A DNA stretch of 64,000 bases, from contig NC_088797.1 of assembly GCF_011386835.1 (NCBI RefSeq), positions 15,810,001-15,874,000 on the forward strand, in the 5' to 3' direction. The notes beneath the pieces were generated by a model. The model did no database searches. It had not been told where the DNA came from and saw only the letters and a list, made by a program, of their open reading frames with translations. Positions 1-12,102 of this stretch are shown in pieces. The translations under genes were made by a program, and so were the position numbers. The stretch is from Chrysemys picta bellii (Eukaryota). How positions within the stretch are numbered: the stretch's first letter is position 1; each line of letters begins with the position of its first letter.

Positions 1-1523
1 CTAACCTGACACACTCCAGAAGTAGCCCCAGATGCTTATCAATCCTAGCTTGTGACAGAGGAGTAGCCGATACCAGCAGCGAATTGCAACTCCTTCCTAA
101 CCACCGTCTGCTGGATGGGGGTGGGGCCAGTGAGGAGGGGTAGGATCTTGTCTTGGCTTCACCCACTTCCTGCTCCTTCCTGTCCACCTGCTTCAGGGCA
201 GCAATTGGACTAAAACTCAGATTTGCTAATTCTGAAAGCACTACCGCCTGTTACTTGAGATCCTCTCTCCCCTCCCCCCAGTGCCATCAGCTTAGAGGAT
301 GCAGTAGAGGTAGCTACTTGGGCAAAACTAATTCAATCCATGAAATGGCTGTGAAACATTTGTGCGTTAGGTGGTTCACCCTTTCTAGAGGAGGGTGCAG
401 AGAAATTAGGTACCTGGGGTAGAATCCTGTCCTCATTGAAATCAGTGGGCCAACACTTGACCCTATTTTTTTTAAAAGTGTGTGCACAATTATGTATATA
501 AAATGCATATCAATTTTTTTCTTAATGTATGCCCACATTACTGGGATGGAACATGCAAATTAGATATTGGCCAAGCACTTATCCAGTTGTACATATAATA
601 TGGTTATTTTTTGACCTTCCCTAAGATGACAACTTTTAAGAATCATAGTTGGAATTTGAAAGTGGTTTAGTTTCTGTGCATCTTGTATAACCATGAATAC
701 TTCAGCTGAATTGCTAGCTTTGTAACATACTACAGCAATACCCTCCATCTGCATCAGCAAAATGGCACTAGTGGGACAATTTTTCTTTTCTGCTGTCACT
801 AAAGGCTGTACTACATCAAACACTGGTGCTTTCTCTACACTATATCAATGGATCATATACTTAAAGAACAGAGCTAAAATTGGCAAACAGTAGCAATGAC
901 ATGTTTTAGGCTACAAGGCTCCTTTGGGCTAGATAACCTATCAGTGGATATATAAAGAATTAGCCAAGACTGGGAAGCATGATTATAATATACTTTCCAT
1001 AAAATGGATTCTTAATGCTTTACATGCAGAAGAGCTCCATATTTTTTATATCTTTAAAAGTATAGATTATAAATACCTTTTTGCAGATCTTTTACTACTT
1101 TAAATGAAAGAGCACAGAATGCCTCAAACCAAGTACATTTCTAGACTTTTTTCTTGCAAATAAAAGTAATTTGATCTTCAGATTACATAATGTCAAAACA
1201 ATTTACTCTTGGACTTTGTTCTCCATGTGCTTCATTTCAGCCTTAACACACCAAACAAACAAAACCAACCCCACCCTATCCCCACCCTATCTTAAAATAA
1301 GGGTTTACAATGCAATGGATCACTGAAATTTAGAAATGGTGCATGCATAGGAGTATATGCAGTACAGGCATAATCTCTACATATGTACAAAGAAGATGGA
1401 AACAGCAGTGTCTTTACTCCACCTTAGTGACCAAACCATGTCTCTCCCAGCTAGCCGCTTCCTCAGGTTCATTCCTGTATTTGATTTTATTACTCCTCTT
1501 GCTTCACCTGAACTTTCTCAAAG

Positions 1524-3565
1524 TAGATGATAGACATGTAGGGCTGGAAGGGACCTCGAGGTTGTCAAGTGTCGTTCCCTGCATGGAGGCAGGCCTGAGT
1601 AAACCTAGTCCATCCCTGACAGGTGTTTGACCAACTTGTTCTTAAAAATCTCCAGTGGTGAGGATTCCCAAACCTCCCTTGGAAGCCTATTCCAGAGCTT
1701 TTCCCTACCCTCATAGTTAGATACGATATTAGGAAAATAAATCTTCCTTGCTACAGATTAAATCCATAACTTCTTGTCCTACCTTTAGTGGTCATGGAGA
1801 ACAATTGATCATGGCCTGTTTTATAACAGCCCTTACCATATTTGACGAACTTATCAGGTTCCCCCCCCCTGTCATCTTTTCTCAAGACTAAACATACCTA
1901 GGTTTCTAACCTTTGTCAAAGGTCAACATAACAGGGTATGCTCCCTAGTCCCGGATTTCTCTTCAAGTCTTACACTCTTATGTACATTCACCACAGTGCA
2001 CTTCATTTGCAATGTCTTATGCAGCTTCATGCCCTATCACCATAAAGCTTTCCCCAAGCTTCAGTATACTTCCTACACACAGGGTGGGATGAGAGGTCCA
2101 ATCTCTGAGATCCTGGGCTGCTTTGCCCTTTCTTTCAGCCTCCTCCTCCCCACTTCTTGTCCCCCTTTTAACTGTTCTCAGCACTGGAGCGGAATCTCCC
2201 AGCTAATCGGTTAATTGCGCAGTCCTAATCAATTATCATGGTGAGTCAGCCTTAGGCTACTCCCACCCTGTCAGGTTTTTCTAATTTTGTTGTTGTTGTT
2301 GTTCTCTGGACTCTCTCCAATTTTTCCATCTTTCCTAAAGTGAGGCACCCAGATTAGACACAGTACTCCAGCTGAGGGTTTATCATTACTAATCGGCCAG
2401 TAACCCTATCAAAGAAGGAAATTAGATTGGTTTAGCTGATTTATTCATGCAAATCCATGCTGGCTATTTCTTATAATCCTGTTGTCCTCTAGGTGCTTAC
2501 AAATTAATTGTTTCATAGTTTGTTCCAGTAGCCTTCCAAGTTGCAAAGTTAGGCTGAGTGGTCTATAATTTCCTGGGTTGTCTTCATCCCCCTTTTTAAA
2601 GATAGGTAGTATGTTTGCCCTTCTCTAGTCCTCTGGGATCTCACTCAACCTCCATGAGTTCCCAAAGATAATTGCTAGTGGTTCTGAGATCGCTTCATCT
2701 TGTTCCATAAGAACCTTAGAGTGAATTTCATCAGACTCTGCTAATTGATGTACATTTTCTTTATTTTGGCTTGCGTGCCTTCTCCCATTGTTGAGTATCT
2801 GGTCACCATTAACCTTTTCGGTGAATTTTGATGCAAAATAGACATTAAACACTGCAGCCTTCTTGATGTCATCAGTTATTAGCTCTCCTTCCCTACTAAG
2901 TAGAGCACCTACTTTCCTTTGTCCTTCTCTTGCACCTAATGTATTTAAAGAACCTCTTATTGCCTCTGTCCCTTGCTAGGTGAAATTCATTTTCTCCTTA
3001 GCCTTTGATATTGTCCCTGTATGGTTGTGCTATTCATATGTAGCCCTCTGTTTTGTAGGATTCCTTTCTGATTTTTCAGGTCATTAAAGAGCTCCTTATG
3101 GATCTATATTGGCTTCTTGCTATTCTTCCTATCTTTCCTTCAGATTGGGATAGTTTGGTATTGTGCCTTTAATATTGTCATTTTGAGAAACTGCCCTCCT
3201 AAATTTCATCACTTTCATTTTCTTCCCATAAGACCTTACCTACCAGTTCTCAGAGTTTGCTGAAATTTGCTTTTTTGAAGTCCATTATTCTTATTCTGCT
3301 GCTCTCACTCCTTTCCTTCCTTCGGAACTTGAAATAATCATTGTATGATCACTTTTAGCCAAATTAGCTTCCATCTTCATCTTTACAAGAAATTTCTCCA
3401 AGTTAGTCAGAATAAAATTTAAAATGGCTCCACCCCCCAGTTACTTCCTCCACTTTCTCAAACAAAGAGTTGTCCTCCGTATATTCCAAGAATTTATTGG
3501 AAATTTTGCGTTTTGCCATATCGGTTTTCCAACAGATGTCTGGGTAGTTAATATTGCCTATTATT
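1524..3565 (-). mobile_element. Degraded CR1 LINE (3' UTR plus ORF2 RT region), internally deleted and interrupted by a solo LTR
   Basis: CR1 3' end motif gggctggaagggacctcgag at ~1540. ORF 2625..2852(-) gives FNVYFASKFT...DEIHSKVLMEQDEAISEPLAIIFGNSWRLSEIPED, matching CR1 ORF2 (FASVFT...IHPRVLKEL...PLAIIFE.SW..GE.PEDW). Boundaries approximate. Confidence 0.9.
1927..2273 (-). mobile_element. Solo LTR (probably Gypsy-type) inserted in the CR1
   Basis: Short terminal inverted motif (cataacagggt ... accctgtca). CR1 sequence resumes on both sides (ggtca | ggtttttcta). No ORF. Confidence 0.6.
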
Positions 3566-5083
3566 ACCCAGCAACATTACTACTACTACTAAATGGCACA
3601 AGTGAAATCCAGGAAAAAATTGCAAATATGAAAGGTCTTGAGCTAATTACACCCCCCCCCCCACCCTGTTCTGGTGAACATTGTAGGAAAAGTATATGCT
3701 AACAACTTCTTGCTTGTCATTAAATAGTATAAATTTAGTGTTCAGAGGAATAATGTCATCTTAAATATTCTTTTTTTTTTACAATTGCACAAGGCTTTAT
3801 CATTTAAATAAAGATAGTTTTACACTTACGCAAGGTACATCAGTTAGTAATTATCTGTAAACACTTACTGAAAGCTTTCTTGCCTCTCCAGTAACCATCC
3901 CATAATTTGTCTTTTTTCATCTGCATAAATACACATCAAGGTCATAATTTGTTGGAAACGACTGTTGACTTGATTGGCTAATTGTAATTGTACCCAGAAT
4001 GATTCACTCTGTAATTATGAATCAACCAGAACCTAAATAAAGCTATATCCAGTTAAGATGACAGTTCATACTACTTCAGGAATGAGGTTTAAGGGTAAAA
4101 TTTTCAAAAGAGCTTAAGTGTTTAAGGTGCTTGGGGCCCTTAAAGGAATTTTAGTGCCTAACTCTATTGACTTTCAGTGAGATATTTTAAGTGCTCAACA
4201 AACTCCAATGCCTCCTCAGATTTGGGTAGGAATATCTTCATCTTTTTAACAGACCTAGAGGTTACCCTTAAGAAAAGTACAACTTAAAAAAAACCCCTTT
4301 TCTCAAGCTGCAAATCACTTCATGAATAAATTGCTCCCCTCTCTGGAAAACATCCAAGTTGCAGTGCATTTTGTACGCTACGCAGACTGACATCTTAGTC
4401 TGAACAGATACATACACTGATGGCAAAATGAATTTATATAAAAAAAAAATTACTTTTTTAATCGCTAGAATGGCAAAAACGAATGCCTACTTCAAAGTAA
4501 CTTGATTTACCTAACTTGAAAAAAATAAAAGGCAGTGTTTATTTACCTACTTCTCTGTGGTTCAGTCGATTTAATGCTATGTTGCTGATAAGTATGCTTA
4601 CGGCACATCAGGAGATGAATAAAATACGTCAATAGTGTTGAGGAGAAAATGAAATTAATATTAAACCAGAGAAGTATGCATACATTCTGTGCACATTGGG
4701 CCTGTTCTAAAGCCCACTGAAGTAAATGAATAGACTCCTATTGCTCTCAATGGTTTGGATCTCAGGAAACTGGCTGTTTGTAGATGACGACAAATGTTCT
4801 ACATTCAGCCTAATTTTACCTAAATGTCTTCTACATATACTTGTGAGAGCTGATATTTTTTGAGGACTTGAGCTGTGTAGTAGACCAATAGATTGTTGCT
4901 ATATCGCATCTTAATTTAAGACCCAATCTAACTTCCATTGATGTTAATGGGAGTCTCTCTATTGACTTCAGTAGGAGTTAGATCAGGCCCTTGATACTAA
5001 GTAACAAATTATAAAGAGCAGATTTAACTCGGAATCAAGAATTTGTCCACACTTGGAAATTTACTGGAATACCTGTTTCAGAA

Positions 5084-5304
5084 TATTAGACACAAGGTCG
5101 ATGAGGTAATATCTTTTATTGGACCACCTTCTGTTGGTGAAAGAGGCAAGACTTAGAGCTACATAGAGCTGTTCTTTGGGTCTCTCACAGAGCTGTGTGT
5201 TGCTCAAAAGCTTCTCTCTTTCACCAACAGAAGTTGGTCCAATAAAAGATATTACCTCACCTTGTGTCTCTTATACCCTGGGACCAACACAGCAACGACG
5301 ACGC
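5084..5304. mobile_element. Penelope-like element terminal fragment in inverted (hairpin) arrangement, with decayed hammerhead motifs
   Basis: Arms ~5088-5146 and ~5214-5270 are near reverse complements (gaggtaatatcttttattggacc..ttctgttggtgaaagag / ctctttcaccaacagaagttggtccaataaaagatattacctc). Flanking duplication tgtttcagaa (5074-5083) / tgttccagaa (5305-5314). Confidence 0.75.
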
Positions 5305-5937
5305 TGTTCCAGAAGTTGTTTTGGTAGAAGTCCCCATTTGGACTTCTGATTCTGGAATAAGAGTGCCTTTTCTGAGTTAGTTTAATCCACTTTGTAAGAG
5401 CAATTTTGGTAAATTATCCAAGGGTAGACAAGTCCTAAGTAGAACTGAACTGTCTCATCGTAATAGCCTGGTAATGAGTTTGTACACTGCCTTTTCCTGG
5501 TAGGAATGCATCATAGCCACTTAAATGTTAACAGATGCAACCTACAATGCTGCCTGACTAGAGCTGCTGTAGGAGTAGCGGATGATTGTTGATGAATTTC
5601 AAGTTTTGTCCAAAACTTATTTTGCAAAATACTTTTTTGTGGGACTAGATGAATATATAATTCAGTAATTACCAGTGAAATTCATAGAATGCTGTTTGAC
5701 TAATACTTTCTGCTATCCAAAGAATTCCATAGCTGATATATTAAAGTTGATGCTTTAGCTCACTCAAGAGTGACAGCTGTATTTTAGAGCTAGAGATTGG
5801 AAGTTCTAATCTTCATGGATGTTTAGTGTATATGCAACCATGGGTCAGTGCATTAGATTCTGAAAAACAATTCTTTCACAAAATGTATAAACTACAGAGG
5901 GGAATCAGGGCCTGATCCAAAGCCTTTTGGAGTTAAT

Positions 5938-6092
5938 CATAGGATCGTAGGACTGGAAGGGACATTGAGAAGTCTAGTCCTAGAACCCCAGCGCTCATGA
6001 CAGGATTAAATATTATCTAGACTAGTCCTGGCAGGTGTAACCTGCTCTTAAAAAATCTCCAGTGATGGAGATTCCACAACTTCCTCGGCAAT
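5938..6092 (-). mobile_element. CR1 3' end fragment
   Basis: ggactggaagggac...atctccagtgatggagattccacaac, the same motif as the other CR1 3' ends in the window. Confidence 0.85.
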
Positions 6093-7132
6093 GGTGCTTC
6101 CCCATAAGGTCTACATTTTCACAGTACTGATAGCTCTTCTGTTTCACTGCATTATGTACACATGACTTTTGTAACATTTATTGGAAATTTCCTTACTGTA
6201 TCTGACTCTTGTTTCATGCACAGAACTTCAAGAGCAATAAAAACTCATGCCAAAGAGGTTAGATTATATCCCTTAGAGTACAGAATAGTAATTAGAGCTT
6301 TTTGAAAAATGGGAGAAAAAAATCAACATGTTTAAAAATAAACATTCTGAAAAAATGTCAAAGTATTTGAATTTTAAAATTTGAAATATCAAAATTGTAA
6401 TTTTTTGGAAAGTTTCAACTAGCTCTGGTTGAAATAGTATATCTAGTTCTGCTATCCCTTTGTAAGAAATATTCTTAATGCAAGAAGCGTATGGACTAGC
6501 TTTCCTCACTGCTATTGTATCGGGGAGGGGTTTAAGCAATGTTTTTTTTTTAATTAGAATGTGGACCTGTAGGGACCAGTTCAGAGAGACTGCCCATCCT
6601 AAAGCATGTCTGAAGCAAGATATCGTATTAGAAGCATTTTGTCATGGGGGCCAGTTCTCAATGACTGATCAGTTGGAATCCTGTTGGCAGGAAAGCGTTA
6701 CCTTGTAGCTAGTGAAACCTGATTAACTCTTTTGAGAGTGACCTATACATCCTGTTCTCACCGTAACTTGGGTCTTGTTGGGCCTCTTCCAAATGAGGGA
6801 AAGCTTGCTTGATCCTCTTATTCTTTTATTCAGCCTAATCCACCACTGTCCAATTCCTACAGGTCATCTGGCACAGCAGCTGAATTTACTTTTAATCTAA
6901 TGTAGGCCTATAGATGGAATAGGATGTGGAGGGCAGTGACTCTTAACCACAGATATGGAAGCAGAGCATGGACACTTACTTCCATGTTTACTAATGGAAA
7001 TCCTGTGTGCAGTGCCCATATTTAATTGCATATGCATTTTCTTGGCTACGTATGCACATATAGTTGCCCTCTGTTTGGATGTTCCAAATTGGTCATAGTA
7101 TTGAGTTAGTGTTCTGTTAGACAATAGAACAC

Positions 7133-7290
7133 TGTAAGCGTGTGGGATTCACCCCTGTGGCGCCTTCTGCTGGTTGTCTTGGGGAATTAGCTCTCCAGCC
7201 ATCAGAGTGCCCTCTGCAGGCTGGTGTCCTGCTTTCGCCCAGCCCTGTGTCCCTCGTGGACCTGGTGCCCCTTGCACGCTGGGGTGCTGC
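7133..7290. mobile_element. Truncated LTR-like fragment
   Basis: Starts TGTAAG, followed by ttcacccctgtggcgccttctgctggttgtc..gggaattagctc, which I recall as a turtle LTR start. No matching 3' end found. Confidence 0.4.
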
Positions 7291-7968
7291 CTTGAGCTGG
7301 TGTTTTTCAGCTTGAAGCTTTCTGTTTGACAATCACAGTGAGTTGCAGAGAATGCAAATACTCCATACAGTGATAAAGTATCTGCATACAGCCTGAACAC
7401 ACATGTATCGAGTAACAACCCTCCTATTGTGAGCAATCAGAAAAGAAGGTTCTTGTTTCCAGTCTGATATAGCAGAGCAGCATCAGAGCAAGTAAAATGT
7501 AGTAGAATGATTAAACCCTGGGATTGTATGTAGTATCATACCCCAGGGAAACCACATTCAAGAAAAAACCCCCAACAATATTCCTTCTCTAGGCGTGTGC
7601 GCTTATATAACGAAAGGGAACACATGTGAAACAAGAAAGATAGTGTAGGGTGGTGCTATTATCTGGCATATTGTGTGCAATTCTAGCTCCTGTAGGGATT
7701 GCTTTTGCAGCAGCGTGGGCAGCAGCATGGAGGCAAAGGACCCCAGCCACCCCAGAGTTGTGTAGTATAACTCGGTCACTTCTGTCTGAGCGCGAGATTG
7801 GAGTTTATTGGGGTGTCTATCCAAGACTTGCCCTTGTTTGGATTACGTGATTTATCCCAGTTGTATCTATATTGTCTCTTGTAAAATTGACTTCTTTTCA
7901 CACTATAGACCATGCCATATTATCTTAAGAGCTATATATGAATTTCTCTGGTACTGAAAGAACATTAA

Positions 7969-8055
7969 GGGTCAGATCCTCATGTGTTGTAAATCACTTG
8001 AGCTCCAGTGAAACCAGTGGAGCTAGGCTAACTTACAGAACCTGAGGATATGGCC
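7969..8055. mobile_element. Short palindromic Harbinger-type (Chompy-like) MITE; one of many such remnants in the window
   Basis: gggtcagatcctca ... tgaggatatggcc imperfect TIRs around a central inverted ctccagtg/cagtggag motif; preceded by taa. Confidence 0.5.
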
Positions 8056-8720
8056 TTCAGCTTCTAACCTCATGATTCACTACATACTATAATAACTTTA
8101 AAATTAAATCTGCAAACACCATGGTAAATCAATATAACTCCATTAACAATAGTCCAACTATTGAGTAAACCAGCTTACGGAATAAATTACTGTAGAGAGT
8201 GATGACAGAAAGCCTTGAACATACCTATTAATGTAAGAAAACAAAAAGTGCTGCCATTGTCCGTTCGGTTGCATGCATCTCTGATGTTGGAGGTCATGGC
8301 AATGTTATTGCTCAGATGCTATCATGATTTGCTGTTCATGATATATATAGAAAAACTCTATAACAACCACCAATACCTACTTTACCTTTTTCCAGCAACA
8401 AAGATATCAACTATCTCTTTACAGTTGGCTATTCAGTCATGCTTTTCAAATTCACTGATTTTGTGTTCCTCATATGTGGTACTGTATTGTATAATTAAGT
8501 AGACACGGTGGCAGTGTGATGGATTTCCCAGTTACCTCCTTTCTGTGAGATAAAACTGGACCATATTGCTTTAATCAAGGGTTTTTTTTTAAAATTTTTG
8601 TTTCATAAATTTACACAGTTAAACGTAAGGCCATATCCTAATATGGCAGCATTTTATATCAAATAATTTTACTGCTTCCAGATAACACAATCGTGGTAAT
8701 GAGACCCAAATGACCTCTTA

Positions 8721-9064
8721 GGCCTTGTCTCGACTACAGGGAAAAGTCGATCTAAGTTATGCAATTTGAGTTATGTGACTAGTGTAACTCAAGGCGACAT
8801 AGCTTAGATCTACTTACTGTGGGGTCCACACTATGTGATGTCGATACAGTGGAGTACAGGAGTTGATGGGAGAGCGGTCTGCAGTTGATTTAGCGGGTCT
8901 TCACTAGACCCGCTAAACCGACCGCTGATACATAGATCCTAAATAAAATAAACCATGACCTCCATCATCAGAGATGCATGCAACTGACTTCACTAGACCC
9001 GCTAAATTGACCGCTGATACATAGATCACCACGTATCAATTCTCTGATAAGTGTAGACAAGCCC
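8721..9064. mobile_element. Non-autonomous PIF/Harbinger element
   Basis: TIRs ggccttgtctcgactac / gtgtagacaagccc; 3-bp flanks tta and tca (TWA-type target). Contains an internal duplication and a templated insert. Confidence 0.85.
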
Positions 9065-9782
9065 TCAGATCAACTTGTCTATCTCCTTGATGCAGGATTG
9101 TGATCTACAACATTTTCTAATGTCTTGTTTACTCTAATTCTGAATGTTTTTTAAGCCATAGGGCTTCTAGGACTTTTCTGGGGGAGACTATTCTACCACC
9201 TAAATCTGTACGCACAATTTGTTGGGTGAGGCCATGATCGGAGAGGGAGGAGGCTGAATAGCGTTTCAGTTCAGATGAACGTCAATGAGATTTCCCCTCC
9301 TTGTTTCTCCATGAAGGAAAAAGGAAAGTCTCTTTTTATGGGAGAGGGTGGGTGAAATATTTTCCACAGAAGGCCTTTATAAAATAACTTCCTATTAAGA
9401 AGTACAGTAGAAAATGCTGTGTTATCTTGTAACTGCACTCCTGAAAGTTGTTCCTTAATTCCTTCCCAGCTTCTTCTATAGATAATTAAATACATTTTAA
9501 ACCAGATTGGAAAAAAAATCAAGAGCTTGCAAATATCCTATACCTTGGGCAAAGTTAATTTTCATTCTGTTTTTTTTTTCCTAGAAATTTTGTCAAGGTT
9601 TTAAATGACAGATCATTTTTAATTCCTTTGCTATTTACTTTGCTCCTATTAATCAAGGAAAAAACTTTGGGCACTAATGAAGATGTAATAGGTAATTTTG
9701 AATAAATTTAATTTTTCTTGTGATCATCATGAGTGGTGGTATTAATTATAGAGGTATCTACAGTTACACATTTTTACCAAGT

Positions 9783-9997
9783 ATCAGAGGGGTAGCCGTG
9801 TTAGTCTGAATCTGTAAAAAGCAACAGAGGGTCCTGTGGCACCTTTGAGACTAACAGAAGTATTGGGAGCATAAGCTTTCGTGGGTAAGAACCTCACTTC
9901 TTGCATCTGAAGAAGTGAGGTTCTTACCCACGAAAGCTTATGCTCCCAATATTTCTGTTAGTCTCAAAGGTGCTGCAGGACCCTCTGTTGCTTTTTT
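9783..9997. mobile_element. Penelope-like element terminal fragment forming a ~90-bp-arm palindrome
   Basis: 9813-9902 and 9910-10000 are reverse complements with about 4 differences around a 7-nt centre gcatctg. 13-15 bp TSD acatttttaccaa(gt) at 9768-9782 and 9998-10012. The start gtatcagaggggtagccgtgttagtctg matches the vertebrate Penelope terminus as I recall it. Confidence 0.85.
9903..9943 (+). ncRNA. Minimal type I hammerhead ribozyme motif (Penelope-associated)
   Basis: GCAT-CTGAAGA-A-GTG(A)GGT-TCTT-ACCCAC-GAAA-GC-TT-ATGC. Core CUGANGA (9907-9913) and GAAA (9932-9935); helix II 9915-9931 with one bulge; helix I GCAU/AUGC; palindromic AGCU in place of helix III; predicted cleavage after CUU (9937-9939). 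Activity not shown. Confidence 0.7.
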
Positions 9998-10891
9998 ACA
10001 TTTTTACCAAGTCTTCAAACAAGCCATTGATTTTGTTTAACCGGAGGATCCTTGATGATTCCCATGCAACCCCATTGAGGTAAAAGGGTTGGTGATGGGG
10101 TCATTGAATAAAGAATGTTTGAGAGCTCTTGCCAGCACCGGGTAAAAATTGTCAGAGGGAATCCACAATAGATGCTTTGAATGCTAGTGTTGCACTCCCA
10201 GACCTGCAGGGTGCCGTTTCAGATTAGAGTGTTTGATTCAAGTTTGTGCTAGAAACCGCCTGTACCTCAATTTATACAAGCCCCACTCCTAGAGCACCAT
10301 ACTGTGCGGCAGGAGCACCCTTTCATCTGCGCGATGATGTTCTGACCTTTCAGTAGAGTGTCGAACCTAGACAGAGTATTGGAAAATATAGTCCCGGCCT
10401 TCCATCCAGTGCTGCGTGAACTGGACATTTTACATTTACAAAGGAAGCAGGCCCCATTTACACTAGTATACACATTTCAACTTTCAAATGGTACATTAGG
10501 ACCTACCATCTGTCCTTGGCCTTAAGAATTTGCAACTGAACAAAAGGAAGCAAGTCCACAGCTAGCCTTTACTGCTTTACAAGACACATTTTGTCTGAGA
10601 GCTGTTTATAAATACATTTTCCTTTACTTTGCTGATAATCCTTATGGTTAAAGGTATTTGAGTTACATATTTTAGGGGACATTCATGCCTGGTGTCACTC
10701 TATTGAAGGCAATGGGATGAATTTGGCGCTTTTGCTCTCTAGCCAACTTCTTAATACAATACTTGAGTCAGGGAAACACATTTAAGTTTCCAAAAATAGG
10801 AATGGCTGACATTGGTATAATGAAAATCCCCAGCAATCAGGACAAGGTTCCATTAAAGGTCAGACTTTAAATGCACACAGCTTTGTGATGT

Positions 10892-10910
10892 TGTCACAAG
10901 GTGGCAGCAT
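10892..10910 (+). promoter_or_regulatory. CTCF-like motif
   Basis: tgTCACAAGGTGGCAGCat resembles the CTCF core CCASYAGRKGGCRS. Motif match only; a weaker match lies at 55747-55765. Confidence 0.25.
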
Positions 10911-11905
10911 AACCTCCAGTTCTTTAATACATATCTGACTTCATTCTTTATTGAAATGGCCCCTCCCTCTGCTGCTATCAACCATAATGCAGTCCCTTAT
11001 TGACATCTTTAATACCTTGTTAAACACGTTTGTAATCCATTAGTAGAAATGAATGCTAAAAATCAACAAGCTCCATGCCTCAGGAATCCAAACGGACAGA
11101 AAGCTTTTTATTTCCTACAAAGCCTAATACATGAGTTCATTGATCAAATTAAAGCTGTAGCTATGCTACGGTGACACAATGGGCTATTTCTGTGATAAAT
11201 GGCCGCTAAAGTACTATAACTAGGAACACCAAACATTATCCCCCACCAATTAATATTTGCCAACTGCCATAAAGTTGACTAACAGTGCTGGATAACCTGG
11301 GGGTTGAGGTTTTTATGAACTACAGAGAAGGGAATGTATGTCATGTGGCTGCTCTGGTAATTGTCTTCTCTCACAGTAGCAAGTTCATTTGGGTCTCACA
11401 TGCACAGACAGTTCATTTCTCTCTATCAATGCCACCTCCATCTACATTTAGTTTGTAGTCAAATTTGCTGTAGCAATGCAGAGGTGGCAGGCAGCTTTAT
11501 AAATGACATGAGAGAAATTGCAGAGTACTCATTCATCAGACTCTGTTCCATATTTAATTCATTATGTGATTGAGCTATGCCAGTTAGTCCTTTGCCTTTT
11601 CCAGGCTTGAAATAATAGCGTTCTTGCTCCCTCTGAATTGCTACTGAGTATTGAACATGTCTGGATTTTTAATCAAATCTAAACATTAACAACTGATTTA
11701 AGAAGAGTTATTTTTCTTCCAGAGTTTGCTTCTGCAAGGTGCTGAGCACTTGGGATCCTGATCAAGCAAAACACTGAAGCATGTGAGCAGTTTCATTGTG
11801 CTTGTTTAGTAGGATTACTCCCATTCCTGGTTAAACAGATACTTGACTGGATCAGGGTTTAGAATGCTCAGAGCCTAACAGGATTGAGCCCCATAGGATA
11901 TTCTT

Positions 11906-12102
11906 TAGTGATTTTCAAACTTTTGTACTGGTGACCCCTTTCATATAGCAAGGCCCTGAGTGCGACCTCCTCTTATAAATTAAAAACACTTTTTAATATA
12001 TTTTATACCATTATAAATGCTGCATGCAAAGCAGGGCTTCGGGTGGAGGCTGACAGCTTGTGACCCCCTGAGGGGTCCCGTCCCCTAGTTTGAGAACCCG
12101 TG
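11906..12102. mobile_element. hAT (Charlie-like) MITE, degraded
   Basis: tagtgattttcaaact ... agtttgagaacccgtg TIRs; same family as 39140-39360. Confidence 0.8.

Noticed and set aside
7650-7850. Hydrophobic 66-aa ORF resembling a small membrane protein
   Set aside because: It begins at GTG, has no recognisable family or splice context, and its length is within chance expectation.
10267-10473. CpG-containing segment with a 68-aa minus-strand ORF as a possible exon
   Set aside because: No frame gave a recognisable protein, and candidate splice-site pairs enclosed stop codons or implausibly short exons.
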